A stretch of 64,000 nt of DNA from an uncultured Campylobacter sp. (lineage in GTDB: Bacteria; Campylobacterota; Campylobacteria; Campylobacterales; Campylobacteraceae). The translations under genes and the position numbers were made by a program. This document shows, in pieces, positions 45,216 to 54,516 of this stretch. Each line of letters begins with the position of its first letter. The stretch's first letter is position 1. The DNA is taken from assembly GCA_963529615.1 (NCBI GenBank), contig CAUSAC010000005.1, positions 735 to 64,734 of the forward strand, written 5' to 3'. The notes below the pieces were generated by a model. It was not told the origin of the DNA and did no database searches. It worked only from the letters and a program-made list of their open reading frames with translations.

Positions 45216-45870
45216 ACAGATACCCTGCGTTGCGGCGGTTTATGATGTGCTCTTCGCCTAGAACGCGACGTAGATTTTTGATATAAGTTCGCAGCGCTTC
45301 TTCGCTTGGCGTTTCGCCCCACGTATAGATCGCAGAGAAAATTTCATCCTTGCTCAAAAGTCTGTTTTTATTTTGCAAAAAAAGCGCCAGCAACTCGCGC
45401 TCTTTGTTTGAAAGCGCGACGGGCACGCCCGATCTGCGTAGCTCTTTGCTTGCAAAATAAAATTTAAACTCGTCATCGATCGTCACGAAATCATCGAAAT
45501 TGTGGCTGAAATTTCGCTTTATGAGCGAATTAACGCGCAGCATCAGCTCTTTTAGTTCATACGGTTTTTTGAGATAGTCGTCGCAGCCGCTTTTAAAACC
45601 GACTTCAAGATCATCAAGCGTATTTAGCGACGTGGCGAATATCGCAGGGGTGCGATCGCCGCTCTTGCGCAGCTCTTTTAAAAGTGAAAATCCGTCGCCT
45701 TTGGGGATTTTTACGTCAAAGATAAAAAGATCAAATTTTTGTTCATAAGCAAGATCCGCGGCGCTTTGAGCGTCGCTGCAAACGCATACGTCAAAGCCCG
45801 CGTCTTTTAGATATTCGCCGATGAGATCGCAAAGGGTCTCATCGTCCTCTACGAGTAAAATTTTACTCAC
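45208..45870 (-). CDS. OmpR/PhoB-family response regulator
   Basis: 220 aa with a GTG start. The receiver domain has ILLVEDDE...DLFIFDVKIP, followed by a winged-helix output domain (LSNKERELLALF...YIKNLRR). Confidence 0.92.
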   Translation of the reverse strand: MSKILLVEDDETLCDLIGEYLKDAGFDVCVCSDAQSAADLAYEQKFDLFIFDVKIPKGDGFSLLKELRKSGDRTPAIFATSLNTLDDLEVGFKSGCDDYLKKPYELKELMLRVNSLIKRNFSHNFDDFVTIDDEFKFYFASKELRRSGVPVALSNKERELLALFLQNKNRLLSKDEIFSAIYTWGETPSEEALRTYIKNLRRVLGEEHIINRRNAGYLYV

Positions 45871-46103
45871 TACATCTCTTTTTTCATCTCTTTTTTCATC
45901 TCGCCTTTCATCTCATCTTTCATATGTTTACCCTCTTTCATAGCATCCTTGTGCATATCCTTCATATCGCCCTTCATCTCTTTCGCACTATTATGCATTG
46001 ATGTATTGGCGTCCTTCATCTCATCTTTCATGCCCATATCGGCAGCTACGGCAAAAGTGCCAGCAAATAGCGCACTAAGCGCAAACAAAGTAAGTTTTTT
46101 CAT
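45870..46103 (-). CDS. Secreted Met/Lys/Asp-rich pentapeptide MXKDX-repeat protein
   Basis: ATG at 46103 behind AAGGAG. A signal peptide MKKLTLFALSALFAGTFAVAA is followed by MGMKDEMKDA...EMKGDMKDMHKDAMKEGKHMKDEMKGEMKKEMKKEM. Its stop overlaps the regulator start by 1 nt. Confidence 0.65.
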   Translation of the reverse strand: MKKLTLFALSALFAGTFAVAADMGMKDEMKDANTSMHNSAKEMKGDMKDMHKDAMKEGKHMKDEMKGEMKKEMKKEM

Positions 46104-46131
46104 TACGTACTCCTTAAAAAAAATTAGCGGA

Positions 46132-46164
46132 ATTATACTTCCGTAAAAGTGAAGTAAGTGTGAA
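46132..46164 (-). promoter_or_regulatory. Promoter with tandem 11-bp direct repeats (candidate OmpR-family binding site) for the MXKDX-RR-HK operon
   Basis: The minus strand reads TTCACACTTAC TTCACTTTTAC ggaag TATAAT. The two 11-mers are 9/11 identical and abut the -35 position. Confidence 0.5.
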
Positions 46165-46538
46165 ATTCCGAAAAAATTCAAATTTAAATTTAAACGCCTG
46201 TAATTTCAAACGCGGAGCGGCTTAAATGCGCTCGATCGGTCGCGATCCCTGAAATTTAAATCACCTCGCTACGGCTAGTCGAATTCTAAACGCAAATCAA
46301 AGCTAGCCAGAGCGCACGCCAACAGCGCATCGCCGAGCTTACTTTATCGAGGCAAAATAGAAATTTAAACCACTCTCGTCATAATTAATTAAATTTTATA
46401 ATGCCACGGCTCGGTCGTTAAATTTAAAACGCCGAGCCAGCCTTTGAGTTCGCGACCTCGCCTGAGCTTTTAAATTCGCCATGCCGCATAAGCCCTTAAA
46501 TTTAGTGCGGCGCAAGCGCACAGGACGCGAAATCGCAC

Positions 46539-47528
46539 CTAGATCGTGGCGCAGCTTTTGATCTCATCCTCGCTTACGATCTCGTAGATTACGCCCGCGT
46601 TTTTGATAAACTCCTCCACGCGCGCGACGTGTGCGGGCTCCACGTTGATCACGAGGCTTCCGACGACGTTTTTATCAAGGCGCTCGAGCTTGCCCCAGAC
46701 GATGTTAAAATTTATCTCCAAAGCGCGCGCCATATGCGTGATCACGCTGTCAAACGCAACCGCGGGCGGGAAAAAGAGCCTGATATTCACGCCGCTTGCG
46801 GGCAGCACCTCCTCCTCGCCCAAAAACTCCTTCATATTCTCATCCGGGTGCAAAAACAGCGAGACGATATCGCCCGAGTTGCTTACGCGCCCGCCCTTAA
46901 GCAGGATCGCGCGCTGCGCGATGCCCTTTACGACCTCCATCTCGTGCGTAACAAGCACGATCGTAATGCCCAGCTCGCGATTGATGCGGCGCAGAAGCGA
47001 TAAAATTTGAGCGGTGGTGTTAGGATCAAGCGCCGAAGTCGCCTCGTCGGAAAGCAAAATTTTAGGGCTTAATGCAAGCGCGCGCGCGATCGCTACGCGC
47101 TGTTTCTGTCCGCCGCTAAGCTCACTAGGATAGGCGTTTGCTTTATCCGCAAGCCCCACGAGCTCCAAAAGTTCGGCTACGCGGCGCTTCGTGTGATCTT
47201 TCGAATATCCCCAAAATGCTAACGGCGTGGCGACGTTTTGCGCGACGCTGCGGCGGCTCATAAGCGCGAAGTGCTGAAAAATCATACCGATATTTTTACG
47301 CAGCTCGCGGATCTGCGCGGCGCTTAGCTCTCTTACCTCCCTGCCCTCTACTTTGAGGCTTCCTTCTTGATAGTCCTCAAGGCCGTTTATGCAGCGCAGC
47401 AGCGTGCTTTTACCCGCGCCGCTGCGACCGACGATGGCAAAAATTTCGCCCTGTTTCACCTCCAGGCTCACATCGTCAATCACGCAGGTTTTGCCGTAAA
47501 ATTTCTTTAAATTCTCTATCTTTATCAC
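46539..47528 (-). CDS. metN: Methionine-type ABC transporter ATP-binding protein with a C-terminal NIL domain
   Basis: 329 aa with Walker [10 protein letters not shown], the signature LSGGQKQR, Walker [13 protein letters not shown], and an NIL-like C-terminus. Confidence 0.88.
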   Translation of the reverse strand: MIKIENLKKFYGKTCVIDDVSLEVKQGEIFAIVGRSGAGKSTLLRCINGLEDYQEGSLKVEGREVRELSAAQIRELRKNIGMIFQHFALMSRRSVAQNVATPLAFWGYSKDHTKRRVAELLELVGLADKANAYPSELSGGQKQRVAIARALALSPKILLSDEATSALDPNTTAQILSLLRRINRELGITIVLVTHEMEVVKGIAQRAILLKGGRVSNSGDIVSLFLHPDENMKEFLGEEEVLPASGVNIRLFFPPAVAFDSVITHMARALEINFNIVWGKLERLDKNVVGSLVINVEPAHVARVEEFIKNAGVIYEIVSEDEIKSCATI

Positions 47529-47571
47529 TCAGATTTCCTCGTTCGTAATTCCGCCGAAACGCCCCCGAAAT

Positions 47572-48558
47572 TTATAAAATTTCGCGCCTTAGTTCATCTG
47601 CGCTCTTTGGCGAAAGGAGCGCCGGAGCGATGTCAAACACACTAAATGCGCCGCGCTCGCCCTTTTGCGCCAAACGATACGCCGCGCGGGCGTAGGCTAC
47701 GAGCACGCTTGCGGTAAATTCGGGATTTGAGTCAAGCTTTAGCGAAAACTCGATCAAATGTTTATTTTCGCCGCGCTCGCCCGTCGCTCCGCTTCGCAAA
47801 ACGAATCCTCCGTGAGGGATGCCGCCGTGTTCTTTTTTAAGCGTCGCAAGATCTACGAAATGCACGCTCGTGTCATAGTCGGCGAAGTAATTGGGCATCG
47901 TTTTTATCTCACGCTCGATGCGCGCTTTATCGGCGCCCTCTTCGGCCACGACGTAGCACTCGCGCAGATGTTTTTCACGCGTAGTTAAATTTGGATTTTC
48001 GCCCGCGCGAACTCGCTCAAGAGCGCTTTCTATCGGCACGGTATATTGGCGCGCATCCACGACGCCCTCGATCCTGCGGATAGCGTCTGAGTGACCTTGG
48101 CTCACGCCTTTACCCCAAAACGTATAACTGCTGCCGTTTTGCAGCACGCTCTCGCCAAGCAGTCTATTTAGCGAAAACAGACCCGGATCCCAGCCAACGG
48201 CGATGATGCTTACATTTCCGCCCGCTTTGGAGGCGGCGTCTACCGCGGCGAAGTGCTCCGGGATTTTTGCATGCGTATCGAAGCTATCGACGACGTTAAA
48301 GCTCCGCGCAAACTCGGGCGTCTGCGTCGGTAGATCCGTCGCGCTACCGCCGCAAAGAACTAAAACGTCAAATTTGCCATTGTGCGATAAAATTTCATCC
48401 GCGCTGAATACCGGTGCGCCGCATGTTTTTACTTCGCTTGGATTTCTGCGGCTAAAAACGGCCGAAAGCTCTAAATCCTTGCTATTTCGCGCGGCAAGCT
48501 CTACGCCGCGACCTAAATTTCCATATCCCAAAACCGCTATTTTTATTTTTTCGTTCAT
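47572..48558 (-). CDS. ddh: meso-Diaminopimelate D-dehydrogenase
   Basis: 328 aa. It aligns along its full length with the Corynebacterium Ddh as I remember it: IKIAVLGYGNLGRGVE, GWDPGLFSLNR, FWGKGVSQGHSDAIRRI, MPHGG-like IPHGGF, LDSNPEFTAS. Confidence 0.88.
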   Translation of the reverse strand: MNEKIKIAVLGYGNLGRGVELAARNSKDLELSAVFSRRNPSEVKTCGAPVFSADEILSHNGKFDVLVLCGGSATDLPTQTPEFARSFNVVDSFDTHAKIPEHFAAVDAASKAGGNVSIIAVGWDPGLFSLNRLLGESVLQNGSSYTFWGKGVSQGHSDAIRRIEGVVDARQYTVPIESALERVRAGENPNLTTREKHLRECYVVAEEGADKARIEREIKTMPNYFADYDTSVHFVDLATLKKEHGGIPHGGFVLRSGATGERGENKHLIEFSLKLDSNPEFTASVLVAYARAAYRLAQKGERGAFSVFDIAPALLSPKSADELRREIL

Positions 48559-48618
48559 TTTTTATCCTTGATAAATTTTAAAATTTAGCGCGTAAAACGA
48601 CGCGCCGCCGATTAAATT

Positions 48619-48762
48619 TTACTTCATCAGCAAATAATAAATCACGTATATCCAACTTAAAAATCCGTGAATTATCGCCCACAATATGCTTTTATTAGCT
48701 CCCCACGATAGCGCGACGGCTATGACTGTTCCTAATGTAAATCCACCGATACTGCCTTTCAT
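48619..48762 (-). CDS. Small hydrophobic protein (47 aa), below the ORF-track cutoff
   Basis: My translation is MKGSIGGFTLGTVIAVALSWGANKSILWAIIHGFLSWIYVIYYLLMK. A strong AAGGAGAAAAA precedes the ATG at 48762. The gene lies between valS and ddh on the same strand. Confidence 0.45.
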   Translation of the reverse strand: MKGSIGGFTLGTVIAVALSWGANKSILWAIIHGFLSWIYVIYYLLMK

Positions 48763-48802
48763 TTTTTCTCCTTGATTTAAAATTTGGGTTCAAACGAGCG
48801 GA

Positions 48803-51418
48803 CTACTCGCCAAACGCCTTTAGCTCGTCGCATACTTTGGCGAATTTTTCCTGCGCGCTTTGCAACCCTTCGCGGTTCGCGGCGACGACGTCAGCGGGCG
48901 CGGAGGAGATAAATTTTTCATTGCCAAGCATTGCAGAGAGCTTTTCGATCTCTTTTTGCAGCTTGGCTTTTTGCGCGTTAAGGCGCGAAATCACGCCGCT
49001 AAGATCGACCCCCTCGAGCGGCACGAAAGTTTCTAGGCTCTCGCTCACATCGCGCGCGGAATTTGCGATATTTTGCTGCGTAAATTCCACTTCATCTACC
49101 TTGGCAAGCGTTTTGATGTAGTCCGCAGCGGCGCTTAGATCGACTGCGGATTTGACGTAGGCTTTTGCTACGCGCGCATTGCCGAGCTCGATCGTCGCCT
49201 TTGCGCGGCGAATGCTAACGATCGCTTCGATAACGAGCAAAAATAGCTCCTCAATCCGCTCGTCGCGCCCATCTGGCTGCGGATATCGCATCACCATGAT
49301 GGAGCGCGCGTCTTGCAGCTTCGTGCCGCTTAGCTCCTGATACAGATACTCGCTTAGAAACGGCATAAACGGGCTTAGCAGCTTCATCGCCTCTTTAAAA
49401 ATCATCCCTAACTCGCCTATCGCGGCCTTGTCCGCCTTGCTAAGCTCGATGCCCCAGTCGCAAAACTCGTCCCAAAAAAACTTATAAAGCTCGGTTGCAG
49501 CGTCGTTGAAGCGGTATTCGTCTAAATTTTCCCGCACCGCGCTCACGCAGCAGTTAAAGCGCGAAAGCATATATTTGCCGAGGCTCGTTTTGATCCGTGC
49601 AGCGTCTAAATCATCGAATTTAGAAGCGTTTAAAAGCAAAAATTTGCTCGCGTTATAAAGCTTATTCGTAAAATTTCGATATATCAAAAGCTTGTCGTCG
49701 CTAAGGCGCAGATCGCGCCCCTGCACGCACAAAATCGTAAGGGTAAAGCGCAAAATATCGGCGCTAAATTCGTCTATTTTTAGCAGCGGATCGACTACGT
49801 TTTTGCTCGATTTGCTCATCTTTTTGCCGTCTTTGTCCTTAACCAAGGCATGCAGATAGATGTCGCGAAACGGCAGCTCGCCCATGGCGTTTTGGCACTG
49901 AAACATCATGCGCGCGACCCAGAAAAATAAAATGTCAAAGCCCGTAATCAGCATGGTATTCGGATAGAATTCGCTCAAATCCTCCTCAAACCACTTCTCG
50001 TTTTTCAGCGCCTCGCCGTTGCCCCAGCCAAGCGTGCTGATCGGCCAAAGACCGCTTGAAAACCACGTATCGAGCACGTCGGGATCTTGAGTAAAATTTT
50101 TGCCGCCGCATTTCGGGCAGGCATCGGGGGCTTCTCGCTCATCCGCCCACTGATGACCGCAGTCGCAGTAAAATACGGGAATTCTATGCCCCCACCACAG
50201 CTGGCGGCTGATACACCAGTCCTTCAGCTCGCGCATCCATGCGTTAAAGCTGTTGATCCAGTGCTTCGGGAAAAATTCCGCCTCGCCGGAATTTACTTTG
50301 GCAATTGCTTCTTTTGCAATATCTGCGCGCACGAACCACTGCTGCGAGATGTACGGCTCGACGACGTTTTTGCAGCGGTAACAGTAGCCGACTTGATTTT
50401 CGTAATCCTCGATTTTTTCTATAAAGCCCAGCCGCTCAAGCTCCGCTACGATCTGATCGCGCGCGGCAAGTCGCTCTAAGCCCCCGAATTTACCGCACTG
50501 CTCATTTAAAATTCCTTTTTCGTCAAAAACGGTGATAAACTCCAGCTCGTGGCGCTTGCCGACCTCGTAGTCGTTGGTATCGTGCGCGGGCGTGACCTTC
50601 ACGGCACCCGTTCCGAAGCTCATATCGACGTATTCGTCGGCGATGATCTCTAGCTCGCGGCTGATTAGCGGCAGCACGACTTTTTTACCGACCAAATTTT
50701 TATAGCGTTCGTCCGCGGGATTTACCATTACGGCGGTGTCGCCGAAGTAGGTTTCAGGGCGCGTCGTCGCGACAACAATAAATTTATCTTGCTCGTCCGC
50801 AAAGTAATAACGCAAATAATAGAGCTTGCCCTTGTTCTCCTTATGCTCGACCTCCACGTCGCTTAGTGCGCCGTCGTGCGTGCACCAGTTTACCATGTAG
50901 TTTCCGCGCACGATGAGCCCCGCGTCGTATAGGCTTACGAAGGCTTTGCGCACGGCGTTTTTAAGCCCTTCATCCATCGTAAATCGCTGCCTGCTCCACG
51001 CAGGCGTGACGCCAAGGCGCTTCATCTGCTTTACGATCTGCCCGCCGCTTTGCTCCTTCCAGTGCCAAACGTGTTTTAAAAACTCCTCGCGCCCTATCTC
51101 TTCTTTTTTAATCCCTTGCGCCAAAAGCTCGCGCTCGACGACGTTTTGCGTTGCAATGCCTGCGTGATCAAGCCCCGGCTGCCACAGCGTGCGGTAGCCG
51201 TCCATTCGCTTGTATCGCGTCATTATGTCTTGCAACGTAAAAGTGAGCGAGTGCCCGATATGAAGCACTCCGGTGACGTTAGGAGGGGGCATCATAATGC
51301 AAAAGTTTTTGCCTTTTTGCTGGATATCTTTATTGCCGTCGATCTCGAAATAACCGCGCTGCTCCCAAATTTTATAAAAGCTCTCCTCTACGGCTTTCGC
51401 GTCGTAAAAATCTGCCAT
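48803..51418 (-). CDS. valS: Valyl-tRNA synthetase
   Basis: 871 aa with the HIGH-type motif PPPNVTGVLHIGH, KMSKS, and a C-terminal coiled coil. Confidence 0.97.
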   Translation of the reverse strand: MADFYDAKAVEESFYKIWEQRGYFEIDGNKDIQQKGKNFCIMMPPPNVTGVLHIGHSLTFTLQDIMTRYKRMDGYRTLWQPGLDHAGIATQNVVERELLAQGIKKEEIGREEFLKHVWHWKEQSGGQIVKQMKRLGVTPAWSRQRFTMDEGLKNAVRKAFVSLYDAGLIVRGNYMVNWCTHDGALSDVEVEHKENKGKLYYLRYYFADEQDKFIVVATTRPETYFGDTAVMVNPADERYKNLVGKKVVLPLISRELEIIADEYVDMSFGTGAVKVTPAHDTNDYEVGKRHELEFITVFDEKGILNEQCGKFGGLERLAARDQIVAELERLGFIEKIEDYENQVGYCYRCKNVVEPYISQQWFVRADIAKEAIAKVNSGEAEFFPKHWINSFNAWMRELKDWCISRQLWWGHRIPVFYCDCGHQWADEREAPDACPKCGGKNFTQDPDVLDTWFSSGLWPISTLGWGNGEALKNEKWFEEDLSEFYPNTMLITGFDILFFWVARMMFQCQNAMGELPFRDIYLHALVKDKDGKKMSKSSKNVVDPLLKIDEFSADILRFTLTILCVQGRDLRLSDDKLLIYRNFTNKLYNASKFLLLNASKFDDLDAARIKTSLGKYMLSRFNCCVSAVRENLDEYRFNDAATELYKFFWDEFCDWGIELSKADKAAIGELGMIFKEAMKLLSPFMPFLSEYLYQELSGTKLQDARSIMVMRYPQPDGRDERIEELFLLVIEAIVSIRRAKATIELGNARVAKAYVKSAVDLSAAADYIKTLAKVDEVEFTQQNIANSARDVSESLETFVPLEGVDLSGVISRLNAQKAKLQKEIEKLSAMLGNEKFISSAPADVVAANREGLQSAQEKFAKVCDELKAFGE

Positions 51419-51592
51419 CTTTAGCCTTTTTTTAAAATTTTAAATTTTGCGATTTTAGCGGAATTTATGTAAAGCGCTCATTAAAGCGTGCCAATTCTGC
51501 ATTATACAATAAAATGTAGTATTTAAATATATATATAAATATCGAATTTTAGAATATTTTAGATAAAATTTTAAAAAATCATATAAAAACAC

Positions 51593-51621
51593 TTGACATT
51601 AAAAATTCTACCTGCTATAAT
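51593..51621 (+). promoter_or_regulatory. Consensus sigma70-type promoter for metQ
   Basis: TTGACA (51593-51598), a 17-nt spacer, then TATAAT (51616-51621). It ends 30 nt upstream of the ATG. Confidence 0.6.
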
Positions 51622-51651
51622 ACCGCGAAATTTTAACCAAAAGGATTAAAT

Positions 51652-52428
51652 ATGAAGAAATTTCTTCTCGCTTCGCTTCTTAGCGCCAGCGTCGTCAGCT
51701 TCGCTCTTGCCGAAAAAATCGTAGTCGCCGCTACTCCGATACCGCATGCCGAAATTTTAGAGCAGATTAAGCCTGATCTAAAAGCCCAAGGCTACGATCT
51801 TGAGGTCAAGGTTTTCAACGACTACGTAACCCCGAACCTCGCTACCGATAGCGGCGACGTAGATGCCGGATTTTTCCAGCACGTGCCATATATGGAGGAA
51901 TTTAACGCTAACAAAGGCACAAAGTTAAAAGCGACCGTGGGCGTACATTTAGAGCCGATGGGCATCTACAGCCATAAGATTAAAAATTTAAAAGATCTTA
52001 AAAACGGCGCCAAAGTTGCCGTACCGAACGATCCGACCAACGAAAGCCGCGCTCTTGATCTGCTCGTAGCCGCGGGGCTCATCGAAGTAGATCAAAACGC
52101 TAAGCTTCGCACGCCGTTAGATGTCACGAAAAATCCTAAAAATTTAGAAATTTTAGAGCTTGAAGGCGCCGCGCTTCCACGCACCCTGGGCGATGTCGAT
52201 ATTGCAGTCATCAACTCAAATTTTGCCTTTAACGCAAATTTAAACCCAATCAAGGATTCGCTATTTTTAGAAAAGGCTGAGGGCAATCCTTACACAAATG
52301 TCATTAGCGTTAAAGAAGGCAACGAAAACAGCCCTAAAATCAAGGCGCTAGATAAAGCGATTCAAAGCGAGAAAGTGAAAAAATTTATCGAGACACAATA
52401 TAAAGGCGCAATCATCCCGTCGTTTTAA
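51652..52428 (+). CDS. metQ: MetQ/NlpA-family methionine-binding periplasmic protein
   Basis: 258 aa with a signal peptide but no lipobox Cys. NlpA-family blocks are present (VAVPNDPTNESRAL, INSNFA). Confidence 0.88.
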   Translation: MKKFLLASLLSASVVSFALAEKIVVAATPIPHAEILEQIKPDLKAQGYDLEVKVFNDYVTPNLATDSGDVDAGFFQHVPYMEEFNANKGTKLKATVGVHLEPMGIYSHKIKNLKDLKNGAKVAVPNDPTNESRALDLLVAAGLIEVDQNAKLRTPLDVTKNPKNLEILELEGAALPRTLGDVDIAVINSNFAFNANLNPIKDSLFLEKAEGNPYTNVISVKEGNENSPKIKALDKAIQSEKVKKFIETQYKGAIIPSF

Positions 52429-52442
52429 CTCCTCTCTTTTTA

Positions 52443-52471
52443 AAATTCGGCGCAGGATTCGCGCCGAATTT
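52443..52471 (+). terminator. Terminator hairpin after metQ
   Basis: AAATTCGGCGC-aggattc-GCGCCGAATTT. The perfect 11-bp stem begins 15 nt after the stop. Confidence 0.7.
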
Positions 52472-52542
52472 GCTGGCATTCGCTATTTTATTTACTATCT
52501 TTTTTTATAATTGCGCGAAATTTACCGAGTAAAGGAAAAATA

Positions 52543-53367
52543 ATGAAAAGAATTTTATCTTTCAGCTTTGTTGCCGCTATGGCTATATCTTCGCTTAATG
52601 CAGGCGTTTTGGCTACTGCAAAAGACGCAAATATCACTATTACGGATGAGGATGTTGCACCGTTTTTGGCTCAAGGTATGCAGCACGGCGGACAGGAACC
52701 GACCGCCGATGAGAAGAAAAAACTAATCGACGATCTAATCAAATACAAACTCCTAATCGCAGAGGCGAAAAAATCAGGCATTGAAAACAGCGACGAATAT
52801 AAGCATCAGCTAGAGCTTGCTAAAGATGGCATCGCATTTAATCTATGGCAACGCGAACAGGCTAAAGACGTAAGCATCAGCGACGAGGAAGCTAAAAAAA
52901 TTTATGATGAAAATAAACAGAATTTCATACAACCAGATTCCGTTACCGCAAGTCATATCTTAGTAGCAGACGAAAAGGCTGCTAAAAACGCGATTGCGAA
53001 ATTATCAAAAGTTAAAAAAGAGAATTTAAAAGAGGAATTTAATAAGCTAGCTAAAGAAATTTCAATCGATCCAAGTGCGAAAGAAAACGGTGGCGATTTG
53101 GGCTCTTTCGGCAAAGGGATGATGGTGCCGGAGTTTGAAAAAGCAGCGTTTGCGCTAAAAGATGGTGAGATGAGCAAAACGCCGGTAAAGACACAATTCG
53201 GATATCATGTAATCTACAAAGAAAGTAGCAAAAAGGCCGAGACTATGCCGTTTGAAAAGGTAAAAGATCTTATCAAAAATCAGCTACTTCCAAGCAAAGT
53301 AAACAAAAAAATCGATGATAAGGCTAACGAGCTATTCGGCAAACTAAACATCGAATACGCAAAATAG
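52543..53367 (+). CDS. peb4: Periplasmic parvulin-type peptidyl-prolyl isomerase / chaperone (PEB4-like)
   Basis: 274 aa with a signal peptide and the parvulin core ASHILV...GGDLGSFGKGMMVPEFEKAAFALK...TQFGYHVI. It closely resembles C. jejuni PEB4 (Cj0596). Confidence 0.85.
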   Translation: MKRILSFSFVAAMAISSLNAGVLATAKDANITITDEDVAPFLAQGMQHGGQEPTADEKKKLIDDLIKYKLLIAEAKKSGIENSDEYKHQLELAKDGIAFNLWQREQAKDVSISDEEAKKIYDENKQNFIQPDSVTASHILVADEKAAKNAIAKLSKVKKENLKEEFNKLAKEISIDPSAKENGGDLGSFGKGMMVPEFEKAAFALKDGEMSKTPVKTQFGYHVIYKESSKKAETMPFEKVKDLIKNQLLPSKVNKKIDDKANELFGKLNIEYAK

Positions 53368-53601
53368 TTTTAATTTTAAGGCGCGAGGCTATTAAATTTA
53401 TAATGTAAGTTCGCTGCGGCAGTAACTTGCAAGGATAAATTTTAGCCCGCGCCTTTGTTTTATATGCGCTAAATTTCACGAAATTTTAAGCCACTCTTAT
53501 ATTGCCGGGTTGTTAAATTTCAAACTTATTTGCTTTGCTGATGCTAAATTCCGCGAAATTTTAAGCGTATCTGGTTTTTTACATTAAATCAAGGAATTCA
53601 A

Positions 53602-54201
53602 ATGCTTTCTAATATCGTAAATTTTATCGTAGAATTTGTCGCAGGTTGGGGATACCTTGGCATTTTTGTGATGATGTTTTTAGAAAGCAGCTTCCTTCCT
53701 TTCCCAAGTGAAGTCGTGATGATCCCTGCAGGCTATCTGGCCTCAAAATCGCAGATGAGCTTTGTTCTAGCATTTGTTTGTGGGCTTGGCGGCAGCATCA
53801 CCGGCGCGCTGTTTAATTACTATCTATGCTACTTTTTTGGACGTAAGATTATCGCTAAATACGGCAAATACGTAGGCATCACCGAGGAGAAATTTGCAAA
53901 ATTCGAAGCTTTTTTTAACCGCCATGGCGAAATTTCAACGTTTAACTGCCGCCTAATCCCAGGTATTCGTCAATACATCAGCCTTCCTGCGGGGCTTGCA
54001 AAGATGAATGTCGCGCGCTTCGTGCTATTTACCGGGCTTGGAGCTGCAATTTGGACATTAATACTGATGAGCTTAGGATATTTCATAGGCGAAAACGAGG
54101 AGCTAATCAAGCAAGATCTGCATCTAATTACGATCGCTCTGTTCGCCATCGTCATTATAATCTCGCTCCTATATTTTTATTTTATAAAACGCAAAAAATA
54201 G
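53602..54201 (+). CDS. DedA-family inner membrane protein (second paralogue in the window)
   Basis: 199 aa with the DedA core FLESSFLPFPSEVVMIPAGY...RLIPGIRQYISLPAG. Confidence 0.85.
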   Translation: MLSNIVNFIVEFVAGWGYLGIFVMMFLESSFLPFPSEVVMIPAGYLASKSQMSFVLAFVCGLGGSITGALFNYYLCYFFGRKIIAKYGKYVGITEEKFAKFEAFFNRHGEISTFNCRLIPGIRQYISLPAGLAKMNVARFVLFTGLGAAIWTLILMSLGYFIGENEELIKQDLHLITIALFAIVIIISLLYFYFIKRKK

Positions 54202-54516
54202 CTCCGCGCTAGTAAATATAAATACAATGAAAAATTCCATTTTATCGCCTTTAACTTCAAATTTTTCAAATTATAATTTAAGCTAAACAAGAATTTTTAT
54301 AATTTCACTTTCATAATCTGCGTGCAATACGATATTTCTATTAAAGTGTAATTATGCCTTAGTAGCGAATTCCAAAATATTTTTTAAGTAAAATTCTATT
54401 TAAAGCCTTAAACAATTATACTAATTTCTAAATTTTAATTTTTCGTTACGTTTTAAGCTGCTTTTAATACTAAAAGCTTTAAAATTCCATTAACAATTTC
54501 AACGAAAGGACTTATT

